Source: Rhizophagus irregularis
Lineage: Eukaryota
Length of the DNA stretch: 64,000 nt
NCBI RefSeq assembly: GCF_026210795.1
Contig: NC_089430.1
Location: 3,782,001 to 3,846,000, forward strand
Direction of reading: 5' to 3'
Shown in pieces: positions 53,130-64,000 of the stretch (positions are counted from its first letter, which is position 1; every line of letters starts with the position of its first letter). Position numbers and translations under genes: made by a program. The notes below the pieces were generated by a model. That model saw only the letters and a list, made by a program, of their open reading frames with translations. It ran no database searches and was not told the origin of the DNA.

Positions 53130-55523
53130 TGTGCAAACAGTCTTATGACTTTATCTTTTATTTATACTTTGGATTTCGAAAAGTAATCGAACAATATTAC
53201 AAAAATAAGAAAATAAACGAATAAAAAATAAAAAGAGTAGCTTCACGACTCATACAAGTAAAGAAATCTAAACTAAAATAAAATTAAAGCAAAGAAAAAC
53301 TGAACTATTACAGAATCGCATACCCCAACTTTACCCGAAGGCCAGTGTGAGTCAACTATCCAACATCCAAAAATCCAGTCCGTTACCAGAAAGAGATCCT
53401 AAGAGGTTGAACTGTTAAGCGGCGCAGAAAATCCAAGTGCGAGATCCAAGATCCACCCCGAATTATAGAAGAGGATATCCAAGAAATCCAGGAATCCTGA
53501 GAAACTGACGCCAAAGAAGAGTTGTGTTGCTGTGGAGAAGTAGTATTAGGGAAAGAATTTGTAGATGGGCCACGTAGTTTGGAAGCAGCCGAGATACCCT
53601 GCGACTCCTCCCAAGCATGGAAAAGAACATTCCGATACAGCCAAATTTCACCATATAATTCGACTTGGAAGTCATTAAGAAGGGGAGAAATAATCTTGTA
53701 TATAACAGAGAGAGGAAAGTATTGATTCAAAAATGCCGTTAAATGCGCAGGCAACAATCCTCGAGTAAGCCAAAGACAGGATGAAGAAGGAGCTTCATAG
53801 TTCCAGCAATCCAAAGCAAAGAATGCAGTATGAAAGGAATTATCCAAAGATTTCAAGGATAAGAAAGAAGATAAACAAGAATCTCTAAATTTAATGACTT
53901 CAGACCGGTGTGTTAAACAGGGATTTAAATCTGGTAAAATATAAGGACAAGTCCAAAGATGATTCAAATCTTCAGGAGCAGAATTACACTGCGGACAGAG
54001 CCAGTCAGGAGAATATAAGTAAGGTTTACGTTGTTGAAGAGTAGTTAAGGTAGGCAACATATCCAAAAGAAGTTTAATGCGGAAGATCCAAAATTCAGGA
54101 CGACCATTCCTATGTGAAACAAAACCTTTAATTTGTGAAAGGCAAAAATATATACCAGCCCAATCAAAAAGTGAAGGAGAACCAAGAGCAGTAAAACGCG
54201 CTAGTGAACAGAAAGATAAGAGAGCACGAGCATCTGCAATAGAGCGGAGAAAATGTCGAATATTCACGTCAATAGGCAGGGAGTTAAAGGTCAACAAGCA
54301 TGGAGCATAACAAAATGTCGAAAGTAAAGTAGTGGGTTGTAAAGACGAATGAGCGTCTTTTGCCAAAGAATCCGCTTGTATATTGTAAATATCATCGCCA
54401 TGAGCAGGGACTTTAATCAATTCGACATTAAGATTACGGTCCATGATAAGTTGTCGAATAAAAAGCCAAAGAAGATGATTAGGTTTTCGGAGCAACCTCG
54501 GTGAGAAAGGAGCATCAACAAACCGTGTCCATAGTGAAATTAACTGACTACAATCAGTATGAACAGAGATTGACGAATTACGGGAAAGGGCATTCAGTCC
54601 TAACAGGACAGCAGAAATTTCAGAACGCAAAGCGGAAGGAAAGTAAGAAGGGAGATGCATGGAAGAAGATTCCAGAACAAGTCCAACATCATCAAGAGCG
54701 ATCCAAGCAGAAGTCATGGAAGAAGGCGAAGAATCATTGGCATGATGGAACGAACCATCTGTGTACAAAGATTGCACCGAAAGTGGTAAAATAGTGTCTT
54801 CAATTCTATCGATACTATCCTTAAAAAGAGGAGAAAGAGCGAGAGACGCGTTCGAAAAATGAACAAGAGCCAAGGAGGTTGCATAACTCCATGAAGTAGA
54901 TAGAGTAATGGGAAGATAAGCCGCGAAAACTTTGGCATTTCTGGTAGGATAGCCCACAGTATCCGATAGGGTTACATTAAAAAAGCATTTCTCGCTATTA
55001 CAGCGTTGTCTGATGGCAGATTTCATGGATAAGGCGGGAATGTTAAGAGCACAACCGGGACAAGGGTTATAGGATCGTTCATCAGCCGAGGTAGATACAG
55101 GAAGCCAATGAGACATAATAGCCGAGTTTTGTTTCTTATAAGTGATACACACACGACCAACAGATAAAGTTTGAGTAGCAGAGTCAAGAGTAATAACCCA
55201 TTGAGGATAAAAAGAATAATCTTTAACAGTATGATCTAATAAACAAGGAGAAGCTAAAGTAAAAGAAGAATTAATAAAATATGAAGATAAAAGTAAAGTA
55301 GAAGAAGAAGAAGAGAGAAAATTATTATTGATAAAAGTAAACCAATTAGGGATCCGTCCTTTACGACCAACGATGCCAAGATAACGAAGGTCAGGCCAAT
55401 TCATAAGATAACGTCCACAAGGAGAAACCAACTGAGCAAGCACAAATATATTCAGGTTTTTCCAAAGTTTCCAACTCGATTGAAAAATGGAATGAGGTAG
55501 AATAGATCGGAGTGGCAGAGCAG
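53130..55523 (-). mobile_element. 5'-truncated non-LTR retrotransposon with 16-bp TSD
   Basis: AGTTTTATCCTTTTGC at 53114-53129 and 55524-55539. Encodes RNase H and a C-terminal zinc finger. Confidence 0.92.
53383..55443 (-). CDS. LINE ORF2 C-terminal part: RNase H plus CCHC zinc finger (RT lost by truncation)
   Basis: LYTDGS, SALRSEISAVLLGL, VHTDCSQLI, KVPAHGDDIYNIQADSLAK and CPQCNSAPEDLNHLWTC. Confidence 0.88.
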   Translation of the reverse strand: MLAQLVSPCGRYLMNWPDLRYLGIVGRKGRIPNWFTFINNNFLSSSSSTLLLSSYFINSSFTLASPCLLDHTVKDYSFYPQWVITLDSATQTLSVGRVCITYKKQNSAIMSHWLPVSTSADERSYNPCPGCALNIPALSMKSAIRQRCNSEKCFFNVTLSDTVGYPTRNAKVFAAYLPITLSTSWSYATSLALVHFSNASLALSPLFKDSIDRIEDTILPLSVQSLYTDGSFHHANDSSPSSMTSAWIALDDVGLVLESSSMHLPSYFPSALRSEISAVLLGLNALSRNSSISVHTDCSQLISLWTRFVDAPFSPRLLRKPNHLLWLFIRQLIMDRNLNVELIKVPAHGDDIYNIQADSLAKDAHSSLQPTTLLSTFCYAPCLLTFNSLPIDVNIRHFLRSIADARALLSFCSLARFTALGSPSLFDWAGIYFCLSQIKGFVSHRNGRPEFWIFRIKLLLDMLPTLTTLQQRKPYLYSPDWLCPQCNSAPEDLNHLWTCPYILPDLNPCLTHRSEVIKFRDSCLSSFLSLKSLDNSFHTAFFALDCWNYEAPSSSCLWLTRGLLPAHLTAFLNQYFPLSVIYKIISPLLNDFQVELYGEIWLYRNVLFHAWEESQGISAASKLRGPSTNSFPNTTSPQQHNSSLASVSQDSWISWISSSIIRGGSWISHLDFLRRLTVQPLRISFW

Positions 55524-55671
55524 AGTTTTATCCTTTTGCGATCACTGGCTGATGAGTTATTAAACAAAATGTTAAGCATCGGCATTATTATATTTCTTGA
55601 TTTACGTTTACTGCGCCATTTAACATTTTGCTAAATTTCTCGGTACCTATGGATTGTAAAAAGACGATTAA

Positions 55672-56050
55672 TAGCTCGTTGGAATCGCCTCATCAAGACG
55701 AATCGAATGGTGGTAAGCTCATCTCTCTGTGATCAATATTGACGGAGTTACTACTTAAAAACCATTTAATATTTTTTAATTTCGGAAATTGATCTAGTGA
55801 TTGGATTTCGATGTATTTTATACCATTAGATTCGTCGCATTAAGACGAATCGAATGGTAGTAAGATTGTCTCTCTAGGATCAATATTGGCAGAGTTATTA
55901 CACAAAAACCATTAATATTTTTTTAATTTCGGAAATTAATCTAGTGATTGGATTTTGATGTATTTTATACCATTAGAACCGTCTCATCAAGACGAATCGA
56001 ATGGCGGTAAGATCATCTCTCTACGATTAATATTGGCGGAGCTACGATAC
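55672..56050. repeat. Three ~148-bp palindrome-containing repeats (host copy 2)
   Basis: TACCATTAGATTCGTC-GCATTAA-GACGAATCGAATGGTA at ~55821, with related copies at ~55680 and ~55968. Confidence 0.8.
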
Positions 56051-56307
56051 AATAAAGTTTTGAGTATAATTTTGGCTAAAATTATATTAATTTTTGGCCG
56101 GAATTATGATATACTAATATAAGAAATTTTTTATATAGTCACATCTCTTTATAATCACCAAATATGAGGATCATCGCAACTCTTTCCTGAATTTTTGAAA
56201 ATACTAATAAAAATTTATTTTTGAAATTTTCGTTCGAAAATTTCTAAGTGCTCGTTCAAAATACTAATATCTTCCCAGTTGCTTTCCTCTTTACTGAGCT
56301 TTAAACT

Positions 56308-58422
56308 ATGACTACACCTCCAGCTCCTTCTGTTATTAACCCAGATATTCCACCGCCATCGCGTCCTGTTGTTTCTACTCCCTCTGGAGACCGACCTTTA
56401 TCTCCCACTAGTACCGCTGGCGCACCTAATAAACGTACGCGTACTGTCTCTGATGACGCGATGAATGTTGATATAACTTCGCCCTCAGCTCCTGCTCCCA
56501 CCCATACTTCTACCGTTCCTTCTGGTCTTCCTGTCAACAAAGTCCAAGTGCTTACCTCTCTTCATAATACTACTACTCCTGTTGAAACAGTTGACGCTTC
56601 TATCCATGCCCCCTCTAACACCGATGGTAAAGGCAAAGCTGTTGCCTTTGATATCCCAGAACGCCAACCATCCCCCGATGGTAATACCGCCGCTATCAAA
56701 TCTGCACCATCTCGTTATCATGCTGCGGCTTATTTACGCGATGTGCCTGACGCGTTCAAAGCCAAATTCACCACCAATCGCTCCATGTGTGATGAAGTGG
56801 ATTGTTCACTCTTCCGATATTCCTCCTATGGCGCTCGCGCACGCTGCGATGAATCAGGTGATAACAAAAAGATCCTTGTCTTCTTCTATAATCAGCATGA
56901 TTTTACCGATTGTGTCAGCTCCCCACGTGCAGATCTTCTCGATTTAGTCTTCACTCATTATTCCCCTGCAGATGTTAAACTCAGCGACGAAGCGAAGTCT
57001 TTGTTTGTCACTGACATCCCACTTTTCCTAAACGAGACACAAGTCCGCCAGGCATTTTCCCGATATGGTACTGTGATCAAGTGTAAACTCACCCCTAAAA
57101 AACATTACTATAATGGTCATATCCAATTTTCCTCTGCGGATGCAATTACCCAATTTAACGATATCTGAATGATCATTTGCCTAGGTAATTCCTTACGTGT
57201 CTGTTCGGCATCTTTCTCGAAATCCCAACGTGATAGCCAAAGAGAACATGTCACCATTCTTGCCGGGATTCCAAAAAATATAAAAGAAGCTGACCTTTTA
57301 GAAATTGCTACTCAAGTCAACGCTAAAGCCCTTAATGTCCCCCTTTCTATTAATTCTTATAAGCCCAAACCTTATGTGTATTTAAACTTCTCTTCGTTTG
57401 ATACCCTTGAGGCGGCGAAATAGTTATCTGTGGCTTTCCGCGGCAAAGGTTTAACATGGCACCCTCCTAATGAAGCTCACACTTTATGTCATGTCTGTGG
57501 ACGTTCAGGTTGCTCCCCTTCTGTATGTAACCCTCGTCCCGCACACAAAGTGGATGATCGCCTTAACAAACTATATTCACGCTTTAATGCTGGTCCTCAA
57601 CGTGGTCATCAGGATTCGCACCCATCACATGATACATCCAATTCCCGCTCAAGATCGAGATCCACCTCTAGATCCCGTAATAATTCGTCCTCATCCAGAA
57701 CCAACAACACTAATAATAATCTTAACACTTCTCGTCCCAATGTTCCTAACTGTAGCAACCAGTTCAATAACAATAATACCGATTCTAGGAACAATGCAAA
57801 TTCTTCTGGTTCTACCCAATCTCCGCACACTCTTCATCCTAACAATACTACATCTACTTCTCTGAATAACAACCTTAATTGTACGCTTCCTCAACACATC
57901 ATTGATGAGTTAAAGGCGCAGATCAAAAAGATAGCTATCACCCTCAATACTCTAGAGGAAACTGTCTCTTGGATGAATGATACTATCACAGCCCATGAGT
58001 ATAGGCTATCTGAACTTGAATCAATGATGAATTATGACAACCCTGGTGACTCTGATTTGTATCCGCCTCGTGATGATCATGAAAATCAAAATCATTCTTA
58101 TGATAATGGATGGGATGATGCTCCAACCCAAGACACAAATTCTGGATTCAATCTTCCTCCCCATACTTCCCCTTCTCTTATGGACACTTCTCCTGATGCA
58201 TCCTTTTCAGCTCTGGACCCTAACTCCATCTTATCACGAAGACATGTCCCCTTACCTAACTCCCGACCTACTATTATTACCCCCGATGCTAATACTTCCC
58301 GTCTGCAATTGGAAATTTCTAATGTTACTAATACGCAAAAGAATCTTTCTGCCCAACTTGGTTCGATTATGGAAAAATTGGACTCCTTCTCTCCCTCAAA
58401 ACCCTCCCCTTCCAATGATTGA
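56308..58422 (+). pseudogene. LINE ORF1 (RRM domains plus Cys/His knuckle-like motif), two in-frame stops
   Basis: LFVTDIPLFLNETQVRQAFSRYGTVIKC (RRM), second RRM-like region YVYLNFSS, CHVCGRSGC. Stops at 57166 and 57421 in one frame. Confidence 0.8.
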
Positions 58423-59413
58423 ACACCATTTTATATTGGGTGTTTCACAGGGATTTCACCCCCCTGATAGTGCGATACCTAATAATATCAATAATCCTAA
58501 CAATTCTTCTTTTTCTTCTTCCCCTCTTATTAATTTTGGACAAATCAATGTTAATGGTTTGTGCTCCCCTGTTCGTCAGCTGCATTTGTTAAATTATTTT
58601 CTCCATTCTTCTTTTGGCGTTTTATCTTTAAACGATACTCGTCTTACTTCTTCTAGTGCTAAATTTATTTATCAAAATGAACATTCCCAGTATAATTTTA
58701 AGTCCTATTGGGCTCCTTCCCCTTCTAATTCACGTCCTTATGATGGTGTTAGTCTTTTGCTTCGCCATCCCTTACATAAACATGTTCAGAAAATTGATCC
58801 TTGGAAAGGTCGTCTTTTAAAATTGGATCTTTTTTTCCATCAAACAAAAATTTCTATCATTTCCGTTTATATTCCTCCTTATCATTCTATTCATTACAAA
58901 GAACGTGATGCTATTTTTGCACAACTCAATTTATGGCTTGATAAAGCCCGTTCTAATAACTATCACGTTGTCATTCTTGGTGACTTTAATGCAGATGAAT
59001 TTTCACATTCACATCTTCCTCAACATCATTTAAAAATTTTGCGATCACTTTCTTTTTGATATTTTACGGATCATCAATCCCATATTTCTTCAATTTCAGG
59101 TCCTAGTCCTACCTTTTATTACCAAAATGGTTCTTCAAGACTTGATTATATTTGGTCATCCCCTGGATTTCCTGCTCCCGGTCTTTTCTCTCATGTTGAA
59201 TCTTGTCCTAAGCTAAATGATAATCAATTTACTGATCACCGTGTACTCTTTACGGCCTTTGACTTTAGCTCATGTTTCGCTACTTTATCCAAAGCTAGAT
59301 TAAAACAGAAAAGCGAACAACGCACCATTTTTCTTTATAAGAATTTAAAAGAAGATACTTGAGACACCTTTTCTAATGAAGTTAATTCACGTCTCGAGTT
59401 ATATTTGGCCACA
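58415..59413 (+). pseudogene. LINE ORF2 N-terminus: APE-type endonuclease
   Basis: INVNGL, LNDT, DGV, SVYIPP, ILGDFN, SRLDYIW and FTDH. The ATG overlaps the ORF1 stop; stops at 59057 and ~59360. Confidence 0.88.
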
Positions 59414-61507
59414 CACCCTATAAAAAATATGTATACAGTTTTTATACTGTATATACGTATTTTTGATACAGTTTGCATTTTTACATACGGCATATCAGTA
59501 TAATGTATACTGTTCGCAAAATGTGCTTAGTAAAAAATACAATAAAGTATACGGTAAACATACTGTGTGATACGGTATATTAAATTCATACGTCTATAAC
59601 GTATATCATTTCTACTGTATATCAGTATTTTGTATACGGTTCACAAAAATATTGTAAATAAAGAATACGGTATACGTATTATTCTACAGTATATTAAAAT
59701 TCATACGTTTATAACGTATTTTCTACAGATATACACAGGTCAAATAAATAAACATCAGATTTTTGCCCTTTTTAATATGGCTGTCTGATTTTTTTGGCAA
59801 TTTTAATATAATATTTCCGATTTTAATAAATATTTCTGATTTTAATATAATATTTCTGATTTTTAACATGAAATTGCCGATTTTTGGTTATTTGTAATAG
59901 GATTTTTCGATTTTAATATATAACATGTGATTATGTATTACGGTTTAATATTTATTTATTAACTTAGATTTTTTTTTTATTTCAGTTATAATTATTTTTT
60001 TGCCTTTTTTTCTTAAATATAAATACATTTAAATTAAATAACTCATAATTTAAAATATAAACAAATATTATATTTTTTTACATATATTTCAAAGTATAGT
60101 TTGAGCATTTTGGCTGAAGTAAATCTTATTCTTTTAATTAAAAGTAGTTTAGTAAGTTTAAAACTGTTAAGATCATAAAAGTACAGTTAATATTTTTGGA
60201 ATTATTTACATTTTTTATATTATATAGTAGTATTAAATTACAAATTTTTTTACCTTTAGAGCGTATTTTGAGATCTTTAGCCAAAGTAAATCAACTTCTT
60301 ATATTAATTGTAAGTTGTTCGGCAGGTTAAAATCTACTTGGATATTAATTTTCACGAAGGTACAGTTAATACTTGATGAGTTATTTACAATTTTCACAAC
60401 AGTACTCATTCACGACTTTTATTTTTTTCATTTTGTCACTTCAGAGCGTATTTTGAGATCTTTAGCCAAAGTAAATCAACTTCTTATATTAATTGTAAGT
60501 TGTTCGGCAAGTTAAAATCTACTTGGATATTAATTTTCACGAAGGTACAGTTAATACTTGATGAGTTATTTACAATTTTCACAACAGTACTCATTCACGA
60601 CTTTTATTTTTTTCATTTTGTCACTTCAGAGCGTATTTTGAGCACTTTATCTAAAGTAAACCAACTTCTTATATTAATTGAAAGTTGTTTAGCATGTCAA
60701 AATCTACTTGAATATTAATTTTCACGAAGGTACAGTTAATACTTGATGAGTTATTCACGATTTTCACAATGGTACTCATTTACGAATTTTATTTTTTTCC
60801 GTTTTGTCACTTCAGAGCATATTTTGAGCACTTTAGTCAACGTAAATTGACTTCTTTTATTAATTGAAAGTTGTTTAGCATGTCAAAATCTACTTGAATA
60901 TTAATTTTCACGAAGGTACAGTTAATACTTGATGAGTTATTCACGATTTTCACAATGGTACTCATTTACGAATTTTATTTTTTTCCGTTTTGTCATATTT
61001 TGAGCACTTTAGTCAAAGTAAATTGACTTCTTTTATTAATTGAAAGTTGTTTAGCATGTCAAAATCTACTTGGATATTAATTTTTACAAAGGTACAGTTA
61101 ATACTTGATGAGTTATTCACGATTTTCACAACAGTACTCATTTACGAATTTTATTTTTTCCATTTTGTTACTTCAGAGCGTATTTTAAGCACTTTAGCCA
61201 AAGTAAATCGACTTCTTTTATTAATTAAAAATTGTTCAGCAGCTTAGAATCTACTTGAATATTTATTTTAATGAAGGCACAGTTAATATTTGTGGAGTTA
61301 TTAATTTTTTATAATTGTGCGTATTACATTAAATTACAAGTAAATTTATATTCTTAATGTATTTTGTTTAAAATTTAATTATTTAAGATTAGTTTTTTAT
61401 TTAATATTGCTTAATAAAATATTTTTTAAATTTTAATTCAATATTACAATATAATTTTTTATAAAAATATATATTTCATAATGTATATACAATTTTTTTG
61501 TATAGTG
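59414..61507. mobile_element. Possible CAC-terminated non-autonomous DNA element
   Basis: Begins CACCCTATAAAAAATATGTATACAG. Weak inverted match ending ...GTATAGTG at 61507. Dense TATAC(G/A/T)GT subterminal repeats at 59430-59720. No TSD seen. Confidence 0.35.
60095..61310. repeat. ~185-bp tandem repeat, about 6.5 copies
   Basis: AGAGCGTATTTTGAG... unit starts at about 60258, 60443, 60628, 60814, 60995 and 61175. Confidence 0.92.
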
Positions 61508-61689
61508 AAAAAACTGAAAAATGTGGTTAAGAATTGGTAATACGGCTGTAAAAAGTCACAGATCGGACAAATATAGCTAAAATCAGCCAATTTTTATTTA
61601 TTTGACGTGTGATAGAGTAAGTTTTTCTACACTTTAAAGCATCAAACAATACTAGTATCTGCTAATATGTACTACCCTAAAACTCACTG

Positions 61690-62965
61690 ATGTAAAATCA
61701 CAATTATTAAAAAATTCACAAGAATTTTTGTTAATACTGTTTAATTTTTAAGTTCAAAGTCCGATTGATAATACTAAATTCAAAACTCAATTATAAATCA
61801 TTTTTATAAATTATAATTTAAAAATTAAGCAGTATTAAGGAAAATTCTCATGAATTTTTCTTAATACTACTTAATTCTAATTTAACTAATTTAGTATTAA
61901 GGTTTTAATTTAAAAATTAATCAGTATCAAGGAAAATTCTTGCGAATTTTTCTTAATACTGCTTAATTCTAATTTAACTAATTTAGTATTAAGGTTTTAA
62001 TTTAAAAATTAAGCAGTATCAAGGAAAATTCTTGCGAATTTTTCTTAATACTGCTTAATTCTAATTTGACTAATTTAGTATTAAGGCTTTAATTTAAAAA
62101 TTAAGCAGTACGGTGCAGAACCTCTATAATAGGAACTTAAAAAAATTTAAATAAAATTTGATTCTATGATTGAATTTTAATTTTATAAAAAGAATTAAAC
62201 TCTATTTGTTAAAAGGAATTTATTTAAAAAATAAAAAAAAAGTCTCAATTTTTTAGATTATGTAAGCATCATGTGATACATATATTAGCCAATCAGAAAT
62301 TAGGATTTTATTAATTATATGATATAAAAATTTATATAATATATTTGTTTATTGTATTTCATTATAAACTGATGATTGATGAATCAGGTACATAATAATG
62401 AGATTTATATTTTATTATATGCATTTTTTGATTAAATTAAAGTAAAATTACTTAATTTTTGAATTCTTTTGTTTATAAATTTATCATCTGAACTGTCTTT
62501 TAAATATCATTATTTATAACATTAAATTAACCTATACTTAAATAATTTTGTTTATTAATTTTTTTTTTTGCAATATTAGAACTTTTTTTTCTTTTTAGCA
62601 TATTGAAAAAAAAATCTGAAGTAAAATAATAATTAATATTACATTAAATGTGGTTAAAAAAGATCTGTAATGCAAAAATTAGACTAGTCTCAATTTTAAC
62701 TAAATTTTGTCAGTATATTTAAATTACAGATTTTTAAACAGCTAAAACTTAGCCAAAATTTAATTTAGAAAAAAAATAACTGATAATTTTTAAAGCTAAT
62801 GATCATATCTATAAAAATTATCGGTTAAATTTTTTACTTTAATATAAAAAATTTTTTTTTTAGAAATTTATAATCAATCAATTGTTACTATACATAAGTA
62901 GTTGAGTATAGAGGTTCTGCACTATATCAAGGAAAATTCTTGCGAATTTTTCTTAATACTGCTTA
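61690..62965. repeat. ~90-bp hairpin-containing tandem repeat interrupted by a MITE
   Basis: AATTAAGCAGTATCAAGGAAAATTC-TTGC-GAATTTTTCTTAATACTGCTTAATT repeated. Resumes at 62925 after the insertion. Confidence 0.85.
62111..62924. mobile_element. Non-autonomous Tc1/mariner-type element, 814 bp
   Basis: TIR core GTGCAGAACCTCTATA at both ends. TA duplicated (62109-10, 62925-26); removing it restores AAGCAGTATCAAGG of the 90-bp repeat. Confidence 0.88.
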
Positions 62966-64000
62966 TATCTGCCAATTCGTGAAATTAGCCAAACATAAAG
63001 ATTTGCACATTTTAACAAGAATTATGTTTCACAAGCTTAAATTGTATGTGTTACATAATCAGATGATCTAAATCTATCAAAAAATAAAAAAAAATTTTTT
63101 AACGTTTATTCAAAAATAACAATGGCAACTACTTTCTTTTTCAATCACTTTTCAATCACTTTTCAATCAGATTTTTGTTAGGTGACTTAGAAAAGTTTAT
63201 AGGCATATATAGCAGGTTTTTTTTAATCAGTAAGTAAGAAAACAAATATTAATAATTTTTATTAATTAGAAAAATCTTTTTTCATTTATTTTTAACCTTA
63301 TTCCCTTCTTTTTTTTAGTAAAAATATATACAAAATAAAAATGTGAGTTATGATTTAGAGTTTTTGAGATGGTTTTTTTTGTTTTTTACTATACTAATTT
63401 TATTCTACTTGTTAATTACTTTTTAAAATTGATTTTATTAATTTATTCAATTTAAAACAGAAATGGCAAATAAAAACTTGTTAAGTAAAGTAAAAAGAGC
63501 CCAATAATACCTGTAAAGATCATCTTTTGGTAAGAATTATAATTTTAAAAATTTTTGTGTCAGAGTTTTATTCAATTAACAAAATCGTTAATATCTCGGC
63601 GTACATGTATGTTAAACACATATATTTATATTCATATGAAAGCCCAGAATCTACTCTACCTGAACGAAAAAAGATTATTCAAATCGAATTACTAGATGTG
63701 AAGATATTAACGATCAAAGTCAAAGGTTAAAAATAAATATATTGAACGTAATTATTCAGCAACTTGTGATCCAATTCATGTGATATTTGGTTTATGGATA
63801 GCTCTTGATTACCTCTTTCTAATGAATATAAATTCATTCGTCTAGCACACATACACGTTAAGTTATTCAATATTTTGTCATGACAATTATATTTAAATTT
63901 TTTAATTTTAATGATATTATTAAAAAAATCAAAAAATAATATAATCAAATCAATTTTATTTATATCAGCGGTGTGAATCTATCATTTTCATGTAAATTGT

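Larger units (their letters stand above)
52834..56166. mobile_element. Non-autonomous host element, copy 2; right TIR displaced by a LINE
   Basis: TA plus CAGTCAACTCCCTCTATAGTCAC. Collinear with copy 1 until ...CACCAAATATG at 56166, about 40 bp before the expected end. Confidence 0.85.
56167..59413 (+). mobile_element. LINE 5' half (5' UTR, ORF1, APE endonuclease), cut off by a downstream element
   Basis: Abrupt junction with the host element at 56166/56167. ORF1/ORF2 organisation; coding character ends abruptly near 59413. Confidence 0.88.

Noticed and set aside
9087..59360. RIP signature from several Trp-to-stop changes in TE genes
   Set aside because: Too few sites, and dinucleotide bias cannot be measured without a consensus alignment. 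Ordinary decay explains them.
60315..61247. Repeated 66-72 aa ORFs (MFGRLKSTW...)
   Set aside because: By-products of the 185-bp tandem repeat, with TTG starts and no domain.
63527..63948. Gene fragment at the window end
   Set aside because: Short ORFs on both strands with stops and no recognisable motif.

Overview
AT-rich, intron-containing eukaryotic DNA. The short GT-AG introns, gene set and repeat types suggest a fungus, probably an arbuscular-mycorrhizal Glomeromycotina such as Rhizophagus (inference). Bases 1-30.6 kb are gene-dense: the 3' part of RPN1, DPH1, SAM50, a complete but disabled MULE transposon (9-bp TSD), PDS5, mitochondrial ribosomal S8, a PZP/PHD chromatin protein, a two-TM membrane protein and ARMC8/Gid5. 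Bases 30.6-64 kb are nested mobile DNA: pogo, hAT, MITEs, LINEs and tandem repeats. The main observation is an apparently target-specific retrotransposition system. A non-autonomous TA-flanked DNA transposon (two copies) carries a 16-bp site, AGTTTTATCCTTTT(C/G)C, next to a palindrome. In copy 1, seven copies of this site bracket six same-orientation inserts: five ~1-kb tRNA-headed structured SINE-like units and one LINE-3'-end/ORF chimera. In copy 2, the same site is duplicated around a 5'-truncated RNase H-bearing LINE. The SINE and LINE 3' ends share a UC-AUAA-GA stem-loop and lack poly(A). All calls were made by eye without database searches, exon limits are approximate, and some single-base indels may be assembly errors.
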